A stretch of 38,851 nucleotides of DNA. Origin: a virus. Its lineage: Duplodnaviria > Caudoviricetes. Both the position numbers and the translations under genes were made by a program. This document shows, piece by piece, positions 7,395-16,553 of this stretch. The notes below the pieces were generated by a model, which saw only the letters and a list, made by a program, of their open reading frames with translations, was not told where the DNA came from and ran no database searches. The stretch covers positions 1-38,851 of IMG/VR virus record IMGVR_UViG_3300009678_000037; one strand, 5' to 3'. Positions within the stretch are counted from its first letter, which is position 1; each line of letters opens with the position of its first letter.

Positions 7395-7768
7395 ACACGA
7401 CGAAGAGTGAAAATGCCGTTTTTGAAAGCCAGCAAAAACTGGTGGGGCTTCGCGCACTGGCGCGAATGATGAAGATTCCAGAGGCCGATATGGGCTTTTT
7501 GGCAATCGTCCTCATCCAATGCGCAGAAAACAACAACCTCAAATCAATGGATATGATTGCCCAGCTTTTGACTGCGCCCCCGCATATCAAACAGGCCATC
7601 AAGCTACTCATTGAACCGCTCCGGGCCATCAATGGAAAAATCACGGAAGAGGCATTGGATAACCTGATTACGGAATCGTTGGTGGATATCATGGTCGGAC
7701 TGCTGATTGTCTCGACCGATGAAAAGGGGGCTCCGACCCCCGGTTGCCGTTCGTCGGGACCCGGTTGA
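7391..7768 (+). CDS. Hypothetical protein (125 aa)
   Basis: GTGA overlap with previous stop. Confidence 0.7.
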   Translation: MNTTKSENAVFESQQKLVGLRALARMMKIPEADMGFLAIVLIQCAENNNLKSMDMIAQLLTAPPHIKQAIKLLIEPLRAINGKITEEALDNLITESLVDIMVGLLIVSTDEKGAPTPGCRSSGPG

Positions 7769-7793
7769 CACCGGCCCCCCCTTAATATAGACT
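7746..7793 (+). promoter_or_regulatory. Promoter P6 with AlgR-like box
   Basis: GCCGTTCGTCGG (7746-7757); TTGACA(7765)-17-TAGACT(7788). Confidence 0.8.
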
Positions 7794-7836
7794 GAACGCT
7801 CTAAACCCGCCCAACAACCCCCCGATAGGTACGCCT

Positions 7837-8175
7837 ATGAACAGTGAAAATGACGGGCCGTCCGTGCTCGAAATTCATGCTACGTCGCCCCTGCACGCCG
7901 TTGTCCAGATCATCCAGAGAATGAGCCTCGACAACCGCGATTTGATCGTCCTCGCCACTTCGCTACTTGGCGCTATTGCCGCCACGGCAAACCGGGAACT
8001 AGGAGAGGCTAGCCCGTTCAAGGGCATTGACATGGAAGAGTCTGCCGTCCGGATTGGCATTGCGACCCTTACCGTCATTGACGGTATCCCCTGCGGCTGC
8101 CCCTCCTGTACTGCCAACCGAATGCGGGCCGGGGAATCGGAGGAAATCACCCCCCAATCCGCAACCCAGCATTAG
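7837..8175 (+). CDS. Hypothetical protein (112 aa) with CxCxxC motif
   Basis: AGGT RBS; CGCPSC. Confidence 0.75.
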   Translation: MNSENDGPSVLEIHATSPLHAVVQIIQRMSLDNRDLIVLATSLLGAIAATANRELGEASPFKGIDMEESAVRIGIATLTVIDGIPCGCPSCTANRMRAGESEEITPQSATQH

Positions 8176-8176
8176 G

Positions 8177-8409
8177 GGCTAGGGCCGTGCGCAAGCTACG
8201 ATCAAAAATGGACCCTTCTGCTAACCTGTTTGCAATCGCCGTGGATGCCCAAGGCAATGAGTATGGCGTGGGGCGAGTTGAAACCATAGCCAGTCTTCGA
8301 CACCTGATTATTGAGAATATGCAAAGCGGGCTATTTACCGAAATTGCAATTCTCAATCTGCGGCAATTGGAATCTGTTGTTCGCAGGATAGGAGGCTAGG
8401 GCCGTGCGC
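8177..8409 (+). repeat. 16-bp direct repeat GGCTAGGGCCGTGCGC at 8177-8192 and 8394-8409
   Basis: Exact copies spanning two consecutive GTG starts. Confidence 0.85.
8187..8399 (+). CDS. Hypothetical protein (70 aa)
   Basis: GTG start within the repeat. Confidence 0.6.
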   Translation: MRKLRSKMDPSANLFAIAVDAQGNEYGVGRVETIASLRHLIIENMQSGLFTEIAILNLRQLESVVRRIGG

Positions 8410-8595
8410 GAAGATCAGGCCGGGCTTTTGGTGACTGAGATTTTCAGGATGGCGCAGCCGTTAAACCGGATGCAACGTCTGGCCCTTGCCACGGCCCTAG
8501 TTGTCCATGCTGACCGTCCAGCTTTGGACGATATCATCATCCAGACCCAGAGGGGAGCTAGCGTCTGCGATGAATGCCAAGAGGAACAGCAATAA
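8404..8595 (+). CDS. Hypothetical protein (63 aa)
   Basis: GGAGG RBS; C-terminal CxxC. Confidence 0.65.
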   Translation: MREDQAGLLVTEIFRMAQPLNRMQRLALATALVVHADRPALDDIIIQTQRGASVCDECQEEQQ

Positions 8596-8804
8596 TGCAC
8601 GCTCTCCCGGATAGAGTCAAATCAGCTATTGCACACCTGCAAAGTGTGACCGGCAGAACCGACCTCTGTGCTATCATCCTAGATCACATTATCAGTCAAG
8701 AGCGTGAGCTAGAACGGTACAGGGAACCGCCACGCGAGCCCGCCCGAGTCCCCTTCTATATCCAATTCTGGGAATGGCTGAATCGTCCCAAAGGGGGGCA
8801 CTAA
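8595..8804 (+). CDS. Hypothetical protein (69 aa)
   Basis: GAGGA RBS; TAATG coupling. Confidence 0.7.
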   Translation: MHALPDRVKSAIAHLQSVTGRTDLCAIILDHIISQERELERYREPPREPARVPFYIQFWEWLNRPKGGH

Positions 8805-9169
8805 TGGACAGGGGCGTAACCATCCTGAATGACCCCCCTCCTGAGAGGACAAGAACGATGGACGTTAATTGCCTGCAATGCGGTGAAAAGATCGGGGAAT
8901 ATACCGGTCCCATCGGCTGGAATGAGCCCATCCAAGCGGTCCACTATACGCGAGTGGATGGAACGAAACCGGGGCATGGCGAAAGCTCCATGCGTGATTG
9001 TCCCTCCTGTAAGAAGCCAGTTAACGAGGTTATGGCAGCTGCAACAATCATCCATGAAACGCTCATCAATGAGGAAAGCAACCATGCAACCGCATCCAAT
9101 AGTGATCCGGGAGAACATCAGGGTAACGACCCAGAGCGCGACATTCGGGAAGCGTCGCAAGACCCATAA
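8804..9169 (+). CDS. Zn-ribbon-like protein (121 aa)
   Basis: CLQC...CPSC; TAATG coupling. Confidence 0.7.
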   Translation: MDRGVTILNDPPPERTRTMDVNCLQCGEKIGEYTGPIGWNEPIQAVHYTRVDGTKPGHGESSMRDCPSCKKPVNEVMAAATIIHETLINEESNHATASNSDPGEHQGNDPERDIREASQDP

Positions 9170-9242
9170 CAGCATCAACATTCTGGCCTTTGTTGTCGGC
9201 CTCTGTCTAGCGGGTAGCTACTTCGCCGCTCGCATGATTTAA
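9084..9242 (+). CDS. Small membrane-anchored protein (52 aa)
   Basis: GAGGA RBS; C-terminal hydrophobic helix. Confidence 0.55.
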   Translation: MQPHPIVIRENIRVTTQSATFGKRRKTHNSINILAFVVGLCLAGSYFAARMI

Positions 9243-9263
9243 CCGCCCCCCGGAACCGCCCCC

Positions 9264-10823
9264 GTGATTACCATAGATAAAGATAGCTTTGTCGTCCCCG
9301 CGAAATGGACTGTCCGGGTGCGGTCGGCTCCGGAACGGAAATACATACCTGCAAAAAAGCTCTGGCGGCTGAGCATGAACGCCGCTAATAAGCACTTTCT
9401 CCGCGCTAACTTTCTGGCGAATGAGTTTACCCCGGAAGCGTGGAACCAAGCTAAGCCGGCAGGGGCGTCCCTGCTACAAGGAACGGGAACCGGGCGGTTT
9501 CCTGCGTCCCCTGTCGGCTTACTCTCTCACCAAAGGGAGGGATTGGATAAGGCATATGGCAAACGCGGCTTTGCCTTTTTCCATGAAATGGGGTCCGGTA
9601 AATCCCGCACCCTGCTAGAACTCTGGAAGCAGTATTTCCTAGAGGGCCGCATTGCGGAAGCGTGGGTTATCGGCCTGAATACCCTAGTCGGGAACTGGCA
9701 CGAGCAAATCGGCCTGTGGGCCCCTGAGATACGCGACCGAATCGAAGTGTACGGGGTTAGCTCCCTACAGGCCGGCGGGCTTCCTGACCGCCTGCGGAGC
9801 CGTCTGCACCCGGCCCTAGCCATCGGGGTAGACGAGTCCCAGAGCATCAAGAATTTCAAGGCTAACCGGTCGGAGGTAGTCCAGGAATTGGGCACTAAGA
9901 CCGCGTTCAATTCGATCCTGACCGGCACGCCCATTACGAAGAATGTGGGCGACCTCTATTCCCAGTTTGAATTTCTGGACCCTAAGATTCTGGGGTTCAA
10001 GTCATTCTATTCTTTCCGCAATCGGTACTGCGTGCTAGGGGGATACGAGAACAAGCAGATTCTAGGGTATCAGAATCTCAATGAACTCATGCTCACGATT
10101 GAGCCCTATGTGCATGTGGTATCTAACCCCGTAGACCTGCCCCCCCAAGGGCACGAAACCCGCGAAGTCAAGTTGTCGGTTGAACAGAAGCGGCTTTTGC
10201 GTGAGCTAAAGACCCTCATGCAAACCCAGCTTGACAACCAAGAATTGACGGTTGAGAATGCGCTATCCTTCTATACGCGCGGAGCGCAAATCATCGGGGG
10301 GCACTTTGCTACGGACGGCGGGGCCGTCGTACCTTTGGAGCAGAATCCAAAGCTGGACGAATTGATTCAGATTGTAGAGGGCACCGGGCAAAAGCTAGTT
10401 GTCTTTTGCCGATTCGTCCCTGAGACTCTACTAGTACAGCGCGCGTTCCAGAATTACGGAGCCGTCAGACTGGACCCGAATATAGAGGACCCGATTGATA
10501 CGGTAAACCGGTTCCAGCGTGATCCGGAAGTGCGGATTCTCGTTTCAACCTACGCGCGCGGTAGCCGTGGCTTTACAATGACCGCCGGTAAATTGCTTGT
10601 CCGGTATTCCGGTACGTTCGCGTTTGAGGAATTGGTACAGTCGGAAAAGCGAATCCACCGCATCGGACAGGATGAGCCTACAATGGTCATTGACCTCATT
10701 GCAAACGTCCAGCTTGACCGGCATATGAAGGAGATTGCAGAGGGCAAACGGAGCCTCGCACAATTCGTATCCGATTCATTGGAGAACCCCAAAGCCCTGA
10801 TTGCTATGCTTGACTTTGACTGA
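9264..10823 (+). CDS. SNF2-family (SF2) helicase/ATPase
   Basis: HEMGSGKS, VDESQ, LTGTP and QSEKRIHRIGQ motifs. Confidence 0.93.
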   Translation: MITIDKDSFVVPAKWTVRVRSAPERKYIPAKKLWRLSMNAANKHFLRANFLANEFTPEAWNQAKPAGASLLQGTGTGRFPASPVGLLSHQREGLDKAYGKRGFAFFHEMGSGKSRTLLELWKQYFLEGRIAEAWVIGLNTLVGNWHEQIGLWAPEIRDRIEVYGVSSLQAGGLPDRLRSRLHPALAIGVDESQSIKNFKANRSEVVQELGTKTAFNSILTGTPITKNVGDLYSQFEFLDPKILGFKSFYSFRNRYCVLGGYENKQILGYQNLNELMLTIEPYVHVVSNPVDLPPQGHETREVKLSVEQKRLLRELKTLMQTQLDNQELTVENALSFYTRGAQIIGGHFATDGGAVVPLEQNPKLDELIQIVEGTGQKLVVFCRFVPETLLVQRAFQNYGAVRLDPNIEDPIDTVNRFQRDPEVRILVSTYARGSRGFTMTAGKLLVRYSGTFAFEELVQSEKRIHRIGQDEPTMVIDLIANVQLDRHMKEIAEGKRSLAQFVSDSLENPKALIAMLDFD

Positions 10824-10840
10824 AAAGGGAGTAATGTGTA

Positions 10841-11098
10841 ATGCGTGTTAACGTTTATAGCCAAGAGCTAACCGATGAAGTCAATTTCATTGGCAAAGTA
10901 AGCAACACAAAAATAGTGTATTATGCCGTGCAATTCATCCTGCATAGCTCTGCACTGTTACACCATCCGCCAGAGGACGATGACCGCAGCGCAGTCACGT
11001 TCTGGCTCCCCAATTCAGACCATAGGCGCGAGGCACTAGCAAAGGCGTTTGAAGAGGCAGCCGCGCTGATTCGTAAAGCACCACAAACCGGAGAGTGA
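10841..11098 (+). CDS. Hypothetical phage protein (85 aa)
   Basis: GGGAG RBS. Confidence 0.8.
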   Translation: MRVNVYSQELTDEVNFIGKVSNTKIVYYAVQFILHSSALLHHPPEDDDRSAVTFWLPNSDHRREALAKAFEEAAALIRKAPQTGE

Positions 11099-11099
11099 T

Positions 11100-11489
11100 A
11101 TGAGCAAATTGACCGACCTTATCCAGAAGATGAAGGAACTGGGCGAACAGCTGGACGCGATTGATGAAGACCGCAAGCCCATCCAGAAGGAATATGACCA
11201 GCTGCGACTGGAAGCGATTCCGTCCGCGATGGCAGAGGAAGATATCCGGTCCCTCACTGGCGGCTTTGGCCGCTGCACCCTGACCGGCGATTTGTACGTG
11301 AGCGCCCCCGACAAGACCAAGCTGCATGACTGGCTGCGCAAGAGTGGCAATGAATCGCTCATCCAGCCCACGGTAAACGCCATGACGCTTAAGGCGTTTG
11401 TGAAGGACCAAATGGAGCGGGACAAGGAACTCCCTGACGACGTGTTGAAGATCACGCCGTTTAGCCGAGCCGTGATTTACACTAAGTAA
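11100..11489 (+). CDS. Conserved replication-module protein (129 aa)
   Basis: N-terminal coiled coil plus IPSAM motif; typical neighbour of SSB/Pol in phages. Confidence 0.8.
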   Translation: MSKLTDLIQKMKELGEQLDAIDEDRKPIQKEYDQLRLEAIPSAMAEEDIRSLTGGFGRCTLTGDLYVSAPDKTKLHDWLRKSGNESLIQPTVNAMTLKAFVKDQMERDKELPDDVLKITPFSRAVIYTK

Positions 11490-11518
11490 ATCACTTAACT
11501 ACTGACTGAGGAATAACC

Positions 11519-12262
11519 ATGAACGCTGACGAAAAAGAAATCGCTACCCAGACCTTCGGCATTACCACGGGCGACCGTCCCGCCTATTTGGACCCTGAGT
11601 CCCGGCGCGGTTCCGAGGACGTGGGGCAGGACGATATCGCACTCCCGCGAATCGAAGTTTTCCAAGCCCTCTCCCCCCAGATCAAGAAGTCGGACCCCAA
11701 GTATATCAAGGGGGCCGAACAAGGGCAGATGTTCAATACCATTTCCGGGGAGATTTACGGGGAGGCAATCATCTTTGTCCCCATCGTCTTCCGCAAGGAA
11801 TGGATCGTCTGGCAAACCCGCGATGCTGGCGGGGGCTTTGTCGGTTCCTTCCCGACCGAGGAAGAGGCAACGGCCGCACTGGAAGCTCTGGACAACCCGG
11901 ATGACCATGAGGTTAACCTCCATGCGGTGAACTTCATTTTTGTCCTGCGGTCGGACAACACTGTGGAAGAAGCCGTTTTCAGCTGGAGCCGGTCGAAGTT
12001 GAAGGTTTCCCGCAAGCTCAATGCGATGGTGCAAATGGGTGCCGGGGACCGCTTCTCCCGTGCCTATCGTTGCCGGGCCATTGAAGAGAAGGGCAAAAAG
12101 GGCGAATACTTCTCTTACGATATCAAGCCTGCGGGCTACGTGAGCGAAGACATTTACAAGCGCGCTACCGCCCTGTTCAATGCCATCAAGGCCGGCGAGC
12201 GTGCCGTGGCCTACGGCACCAATGATGACGGTGAAGACGACCCTGAATCTGCGGTGATGTAA
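11519..12262 (+). CDS. Putative single-stranded DNA-binding protein
   Basis: LPRIEVFQALSPQ motif; acidic C-terminal tail; upstream of Pol. Confidence 0.65.
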   Translation: MNADEKEIATQTFGITTGDRPAYLDPESRRGSEDVGQDDIALPRIEVFQALSPQIKKSDPKYIKGAEQGQMFNTISGEIYGEAIIFVPIVFRKEWIVWQTRDAGGGFVGSFPTEEEATAALEALDNPDDHEVNLHAVNFIFVLRSDNTVEEAVFSWSRSKLKVSRKLNAMVQMGAGDRFSRAYRCRAIEEKGKKGEYFSYDIKPAGYVSEDIYKRATALFNAIKAGERAVAYGTNDDGEDDPESAVM

Positions 12263-12263
12263 C

Positions 12264-12479
12264 ATGGACCCACGGCCCTGCCCCTTCTGCGGAAGTCCCG
12301 TATCCCATAAGCTGGGACATGCGGATATCACTTTCGTCTTCTGCGAAGGGTGCGGGGCCGTGGTATCTTTCGCCCCCAGTTTGAAGGGCGACAAGGCTAT
12401 AGAGGCATTCAATAGACGCGCTACGGATGAGCCATGCCCACCGACATTATCGCCGTTGACACTGAGGCAACCGGATTAG
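12264..12479 (+). CDS. lar: Lar-family restriction alleviation protein
   Basis: PCPFCG...CEGCGA...AIEAFNRR. Confidence 0.8.
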   Translation: MDPRPCPFCGSPVSHKLGHADITFVFCEGCGAVVSFAPSLKGDKAIEAFNRRATDEPCPPTLSPLTLRQPD

Positions 12480-14233
12480 GCCCTAAGGATAGAGCCATCG
12501 GCGTTGCTTGGAAAGTCACGGGATGCGAACCCCGTTATATCGACCTGCGCGATGACGGGGCGGGCGAGTTTTTGAACATAATGGACAGGACAAGGGGGCT
12601 CCCCGTTGTCTGTCATAATGCGTCCTATGATTACCGCATGGCTTACAATGCGGGTATCCGGCTGCCTATTGAGCGCCTAGAGGATACCGTAATCAGGGCA
12701 ACGCTCCTGAACGAGCATGAACATAGCTATTCGCTGGACAATCAAGCGATCCAGCATTTGGGGCAGCAAAAGCAAACGGAAATCTGGGGCCAGTTAGCCG
12801 AGCTATTCGGCGGTAAGCCTACCCGCTCCGCACAGGCCGGGCGAATCCACCTAGCTCCAAAGGCTATCGTGGAACCCTACGCTATCCCCGACGCCGTATT
12901 GTGCCATGACTTATGGCAGGATCAGGAAGCCCGTATTCAGGCACAGGGAATTTCTAGAATTATTGACTTTGAAAAATCTGTAATGCCAACAATTATCCGA
13001 TCCGAAATGAGGGGAATTCGGGTAGATGAAGAGAAGGCACAGATAGCGGTTGACAGGCTGACCCTAGAGATTGATGCTAAAAAGGCACAGCTATTTGAGT
13101 GGGCCGGCGGAGTCTTTAATCTGGACAGTCCGCGTCAAGTCGCCCAGCTATACAAGCCCCGCCTAATTGACGGGGTATGGTTTACGGCAGACGGAACCCC
13201 GCTCCCGGCCACGCCGGGCGGAGCCCCCAGCTTTGGGGCTGAGTCCCTTCGCACGATCAATGATGCTATGGCGCTGGGCATACTGGAAGCCCGATCGTTA
13301 ACGAAGACGCGGGACACTTTCCTTCGCGGGCATATCCTGAGCAACGCCATTAATGGGCGCGTCTATCCGTCCATTCACCAAACGAAGGGAGAGGATGGGG
13401 GCACAGGCACCGGGCGGTTTTCCTATACCGAGCCGGCCATGCAACAAATCCCCTCCCGCAATCTGGAAATCGCGTCCGTCATCAAGCCTATTTTCCTGCC
13501 AGAAGAGGGGGAGCTATGGCTTGATGCGGATATGCACTCGTTTGAAGTCCGGACGTTCGCCCATCTGGTGAATAACCCGGACCTGATAGCCGCATTCTGG
13601 GCTAACCCGCTGCTGGACTTTCACCAGCACGTTGCGGATATGACTGGGCTCCCGCGTAAAGCGCACTATGCCGGCCAGCCGAACGCCAAGGAACTAAACC
13701 TGTCAATCATCATGGGCTGCGGTGATGGCCTAGTGGCTATGAAGATGGGGCTTCCGTGGGAGTGGGATGAATTCAAGAAAGGCCGGGAGACTTTCCGGTA
13801 TCGCAAGGCAGGGCCAGAAGCGACCGAGCTAATCGCCCGGTATCACAGGCTCATCCCCGGCGTGCGGGAGTTTGCAAGGCGCGCACAGAAGGCAAGCGCC
13901 AAGTTTGGATATCTGGAAACCAACATGGGGCGCAGGCTGCGCTTCCCCCGTGGGGTTAGCAACCATAAGGCGCAGGCTGTAATCGTACAGGCAACGGCCG
14001 CCGATATCAATAAGATGAATTGGCTGCTGATTGAACAGGCATTAGGAAGTGACGGGAGGTTACTGCTGAACACACATGATAGCTATGGGCTTTCAGTCCC
14101 TCAGGACTGGCAACCTATCTGGAAACGTGTGGAAGAGGCTGTTAATGACGGTTCCCCTTGGCTTCGCGTCCCCCTAGTGCTAGAACTTTCCGGAGTTGGA
14201 AATTCATGGTGGGAGGCATTGGGTCATGCTTAA
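12434..14233 (+). CDS. Family A DNA polymerase with 3'-5' exonuclease; resembles phiVC8-type DpoZ clade
   Basis: Exo motifs DTEATG, HNASYD, YAIPD; TGRFS; motif A DMHSFEVR; motif B NAKELNLSIIMG; motif C THDS. Confidence 0.93.
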   Translation: MPTDIIAVDTEATGLGPKDRAIGVAWKVTGCEPRYIDLRDDGAGEFLNIMDRTRGLPVVCHNASYDYRMAYNAGIRLPIERLEDTVIRATLLNEHEHSYSLDNQAIQHLGQQKQTEIWGQLAELFGGKPTRSAQAGRIHLAPKAIVEPYAIPDAVLCHDLWQDQEARIQAQGISRIIDFEKSVMPTIIRSEMRGIRVDEEKAQIAVDRLTLEIDAKKAQLFEWAGGVFNLDSPRQVAQLYKPRLIDGVWFTADGTPLPATPGGAPSFGAESLRTINDAMALGILEARSLTKTRDTFLRGHILSNAINGRVYPSIHQTKGEDGGTGTGRFSYTEPAMQQIPSRNLEIASVIKPIFLPEEGELWLDADMHSFEVRTFAHLVNNPDLIAAFWANPLLDFHQHVADMTGLPRKAHYAGQPNAKELNLSIIMGCGDGLVAMKMGLPWEWDEFKKGRETFRYRKAGPEATELIARYHRLIPGVREFARRAQKASAKFGYLETNMGRRLRFPRGVSNHKAQAVIVQATAADINKMNWLLIEQALGSDGRLLLNTHDSYGLSVPQDWQPIWKRVEEAVNDGSPWLRVPLVLELSGVGNSWWEALGHA

Positions 14234-16553
14234 TATCGACCTCGCCCTAATCAAAGAACTGGATGAGCTAGAACAGAACGCCGCTATCTATGAATACGCG
14301 CTGCTATATGCGCGCATCGGCATCAAGGTACTGCCCCAGAAAAGGGACTCAAAGGGGTACATTAAGAACCTCACGCTTGACCATGCCACAACCAACCTAG
14401 AGATTATCACTCATTGGTTTGGTCCCGGCGGGCCGTATGAGGGATACAATATACTGGGAGTCATGCCCGATGGTATTATCGTGCTGGACTTCGACAAGCA
14501 TGGGAACACCGATGGCTTTATCAATTCGGGGCTCAGCTTGCATGACCTTACAGGGCTGCGGGTTCTAACCCCCACCGGAGGATGCCATTTCTATACGTCA
14601 GACTCCAAGGTAAGTTTCTTTAAGAAAACCCACGGAATCGACAAGAAAACCGCCGTCCTATTGCCCCCTTCCATGAGTGGCGGAGCCCGATACCAATGGG
14701 ATACGGGCGGGGAACCTGCCTCTATCCCGGACAGAGTGCTAGAGGCTTTGGGCGGTCGGACACCTAACAAAAAGAAAGACAACAAGCCAGAGGAATTTGC
14801 TAGCGTTGCCCCCAATGAATTCATTACGGAACTGCTGAGTTACTTCGACCCCGGCGCACCCTATGATGAGTGGTGCAATGTGGGCATGGCGATCCACGAC
14901 AATGATCCGGGGCAGGGACACCTAGACCTTTGGATTGCGTGGAGTGAACAAAGCGAGAAGTTTAAGCCCGGCGAATGTGAAAGGCGCTGGGAGACTTTCA
15001 GCATAGACAAGAACCGCAAGGTAACGCTTGCATGGATGATCTATCACGCCAACCAACGCGGGCGAGAACCAACGGCGGGTGACGTTAAGTTTTCTGGCAT
15101 TAACATAGATGCCTATAACGCTGTGATGAAGATGAACGAAAGGTTCATGGCTACCACGCAAGGCGGGCCAGCCATCATCACTATAGAAAAGGACCGTGAC
15201 GGTAACGCCCGCTATGTGCGAACAACCTCAGGGGATTTCAAGGGTATCGTAGCCGCAAATCTGCCCCAAATCATGGTGGGAGATAAGTTCGTCCCGGCCG
15301 CTGATTACTGGCTCAAAAGCAGGTATCGGCGCGAGGGTGAAATGGTGATGGAATACCCCGGCCAAGAGCAGCAAGGGGATATCAACATTTATCAGGGCTT
15401 TGCAATCAAGCCCGTGCCCTGTCTCCCGGAGGAAATCCAATTCTTTCTAGATCATACGCTAAATGTCATCTGCGATGGCAACCGGGAACACTATGAATTC
15501 CTGTTGGATATGCTGGCGTACAAGCTACAGAATCCGCTTGATCTTCTGGGCATTGCGTTGGTACTGGCTGGACGCGAGGGCACAGGCAAATCCTCCTTTG
15601 GTGAAATCTTCCGCCTGATTATCGGCCCGAACCATGCGACGAAAGTATCCACCCGCGATGGTCTGCTAGGCACCTACTCCGGAGGCATTGCGGACAAGGT
15701 TCTAGTATGCGGTGAAGAGGCAGTCTTTTCGGCTCACAAGAGCGAAGCCGAACGGCTAAAGGCCCTCATCACGGAAAGCCCGCTAGACTGGAACAACAAA
15801 TTCGTTAAGCAATGGTCCCAAAAGAACTGTCTCTTCCTGATAATCACGGCTAATGAAGCATGGGTCATCCCGGCTGGCTTCGATAGCCGTAGATTCTTGG
15901 CCCTGAAAGTAAGTGACTCGCGCATGGGAGATTCGGACTATTGGAAGGGGCAATATCTCCCCCTGCTGTATAAGAACTATCGCAATGAGCCGAACAACCC
16001 GGAATATCTAGGCAAGATTTTGCATTTTTTCCTTGTCAGAAAAATTACGCATGACCTTTCCAAAGCTCCGGTCACTAGCGAACTTATGGAACAGCGCAAA
16101 CTGACCAACGCTGATTCAATGGAGGCGGCATTCGTTAATTGGGTAAAGCGTTTGTTTATCTTGGATATCAAGGAAGAGGATGCCGTGATTGAGGGGCTAA
16201 GCAAGGAATGTAGTTTCTCCCTTGTAACATATACAAAGCTGAGATACATAGAGGCTGGGAATCTATATATAGATTTCAGGCAGTATTACCTGCGTCATCA
16301 TTCCAAGGGCCGGGGCTGTGGCACGGAGAAGGATTTCCGACAACGCCTGTTTGATCTAGGTATGTTGCATGTCCGGGCAAAGAAACGCTCCCTGAAAGTA
16401 GGAGCCGGCAAGTATCCCGGAAACCCAGAGTCTAAAATCACAGTTGCCAAGCTACCTAGTCCCGATGAATTGGAAATAGCACTAACGAAACACTACCCGC
16501 TATTCTTTACGGATGCCATAGCATATGAAGACGCTCCCGATGAAGAAGATTGA
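14226..16553 (+). CDS. Primase-helicase: PrimPol N-terminus, PriCT-2, SF3/D5-like (DUF5906) helicase
   Basis: VLDFDKH, TPTGGCHFY, YDEWCNVGMAIH, GREGTGKS, DSRRF; GGGAGG RBS before ATG 14226. Confidence 0.9.
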   Translation: MLNIDLALIKELDELEQNAAIYEYALLYARIGIKVLPQKRDSKGYIKNLTLDHATTNLEIITHWFGPGGPYEGYNILGVMPDGIIVLDFDKHGNTDGFINSGLSLHDLTGLRVLTPTGGCHFYTSDSKVSFFKKTHGIDKKTAVLLPPSMSGGARYQWDTGGEPASIPDRVLEALGGRTPNKKKDNKPEEFASVAPNEFITELLSYFDPGAPYDEWCNVGMAIHDNDPGQGHLDLWIAWSEQSEKFKPGECERRWETFSIDKNRKVTLAWMIYHANQRGREPTAGDVKFSGINIDAYNAVMKMNERFMATTQGGPAIITIEKDRDGNARYVRTTSGDFKGIVAANLPQIMVGDKFVPAADYWLKSRYRREGEMVMEYPGQEQQGDINIYQGFAIKPVPCLPEEIQFFLDHTLNVICDGNREHYEFLLDMLAYKLQNPLDLLGIALVLAGREGTGKSSFGEIFRLIIGPNHATKVSTRDGLLGTYSGGIADKVLVCGEEAVFSAHKSEAERLKALITESPLDWNNKFVKQWSQKNCLFLIITANEAWVIPAGFDSRRFLALKVSDSRMGDSDYWKGQYLPLLYKNYRNEPNNPEYLGKILHFFLVRKITHDLSKAPVTSELMEQRKLTNADSMEAAFVNWVKRLFILDIKEEDAVIEGLSKECSFSLVTYTKLRYIEAGNLYIDFRQYYLRHHSKGRGCGTEKDFRQRLFDLGMLHVRAKKRSLKVGAGKYPGNPESKITVAKLPSPDELEIALTKHYPLFFTDAIAYEDAPDEED

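Noticed and set aside
14226-16553. Integrase or lysogeny module anywhere in the genome
   Set aside because: No tyrosine or serine recombinase or CI-like motifs seen; this large ORF is a primase-helicase
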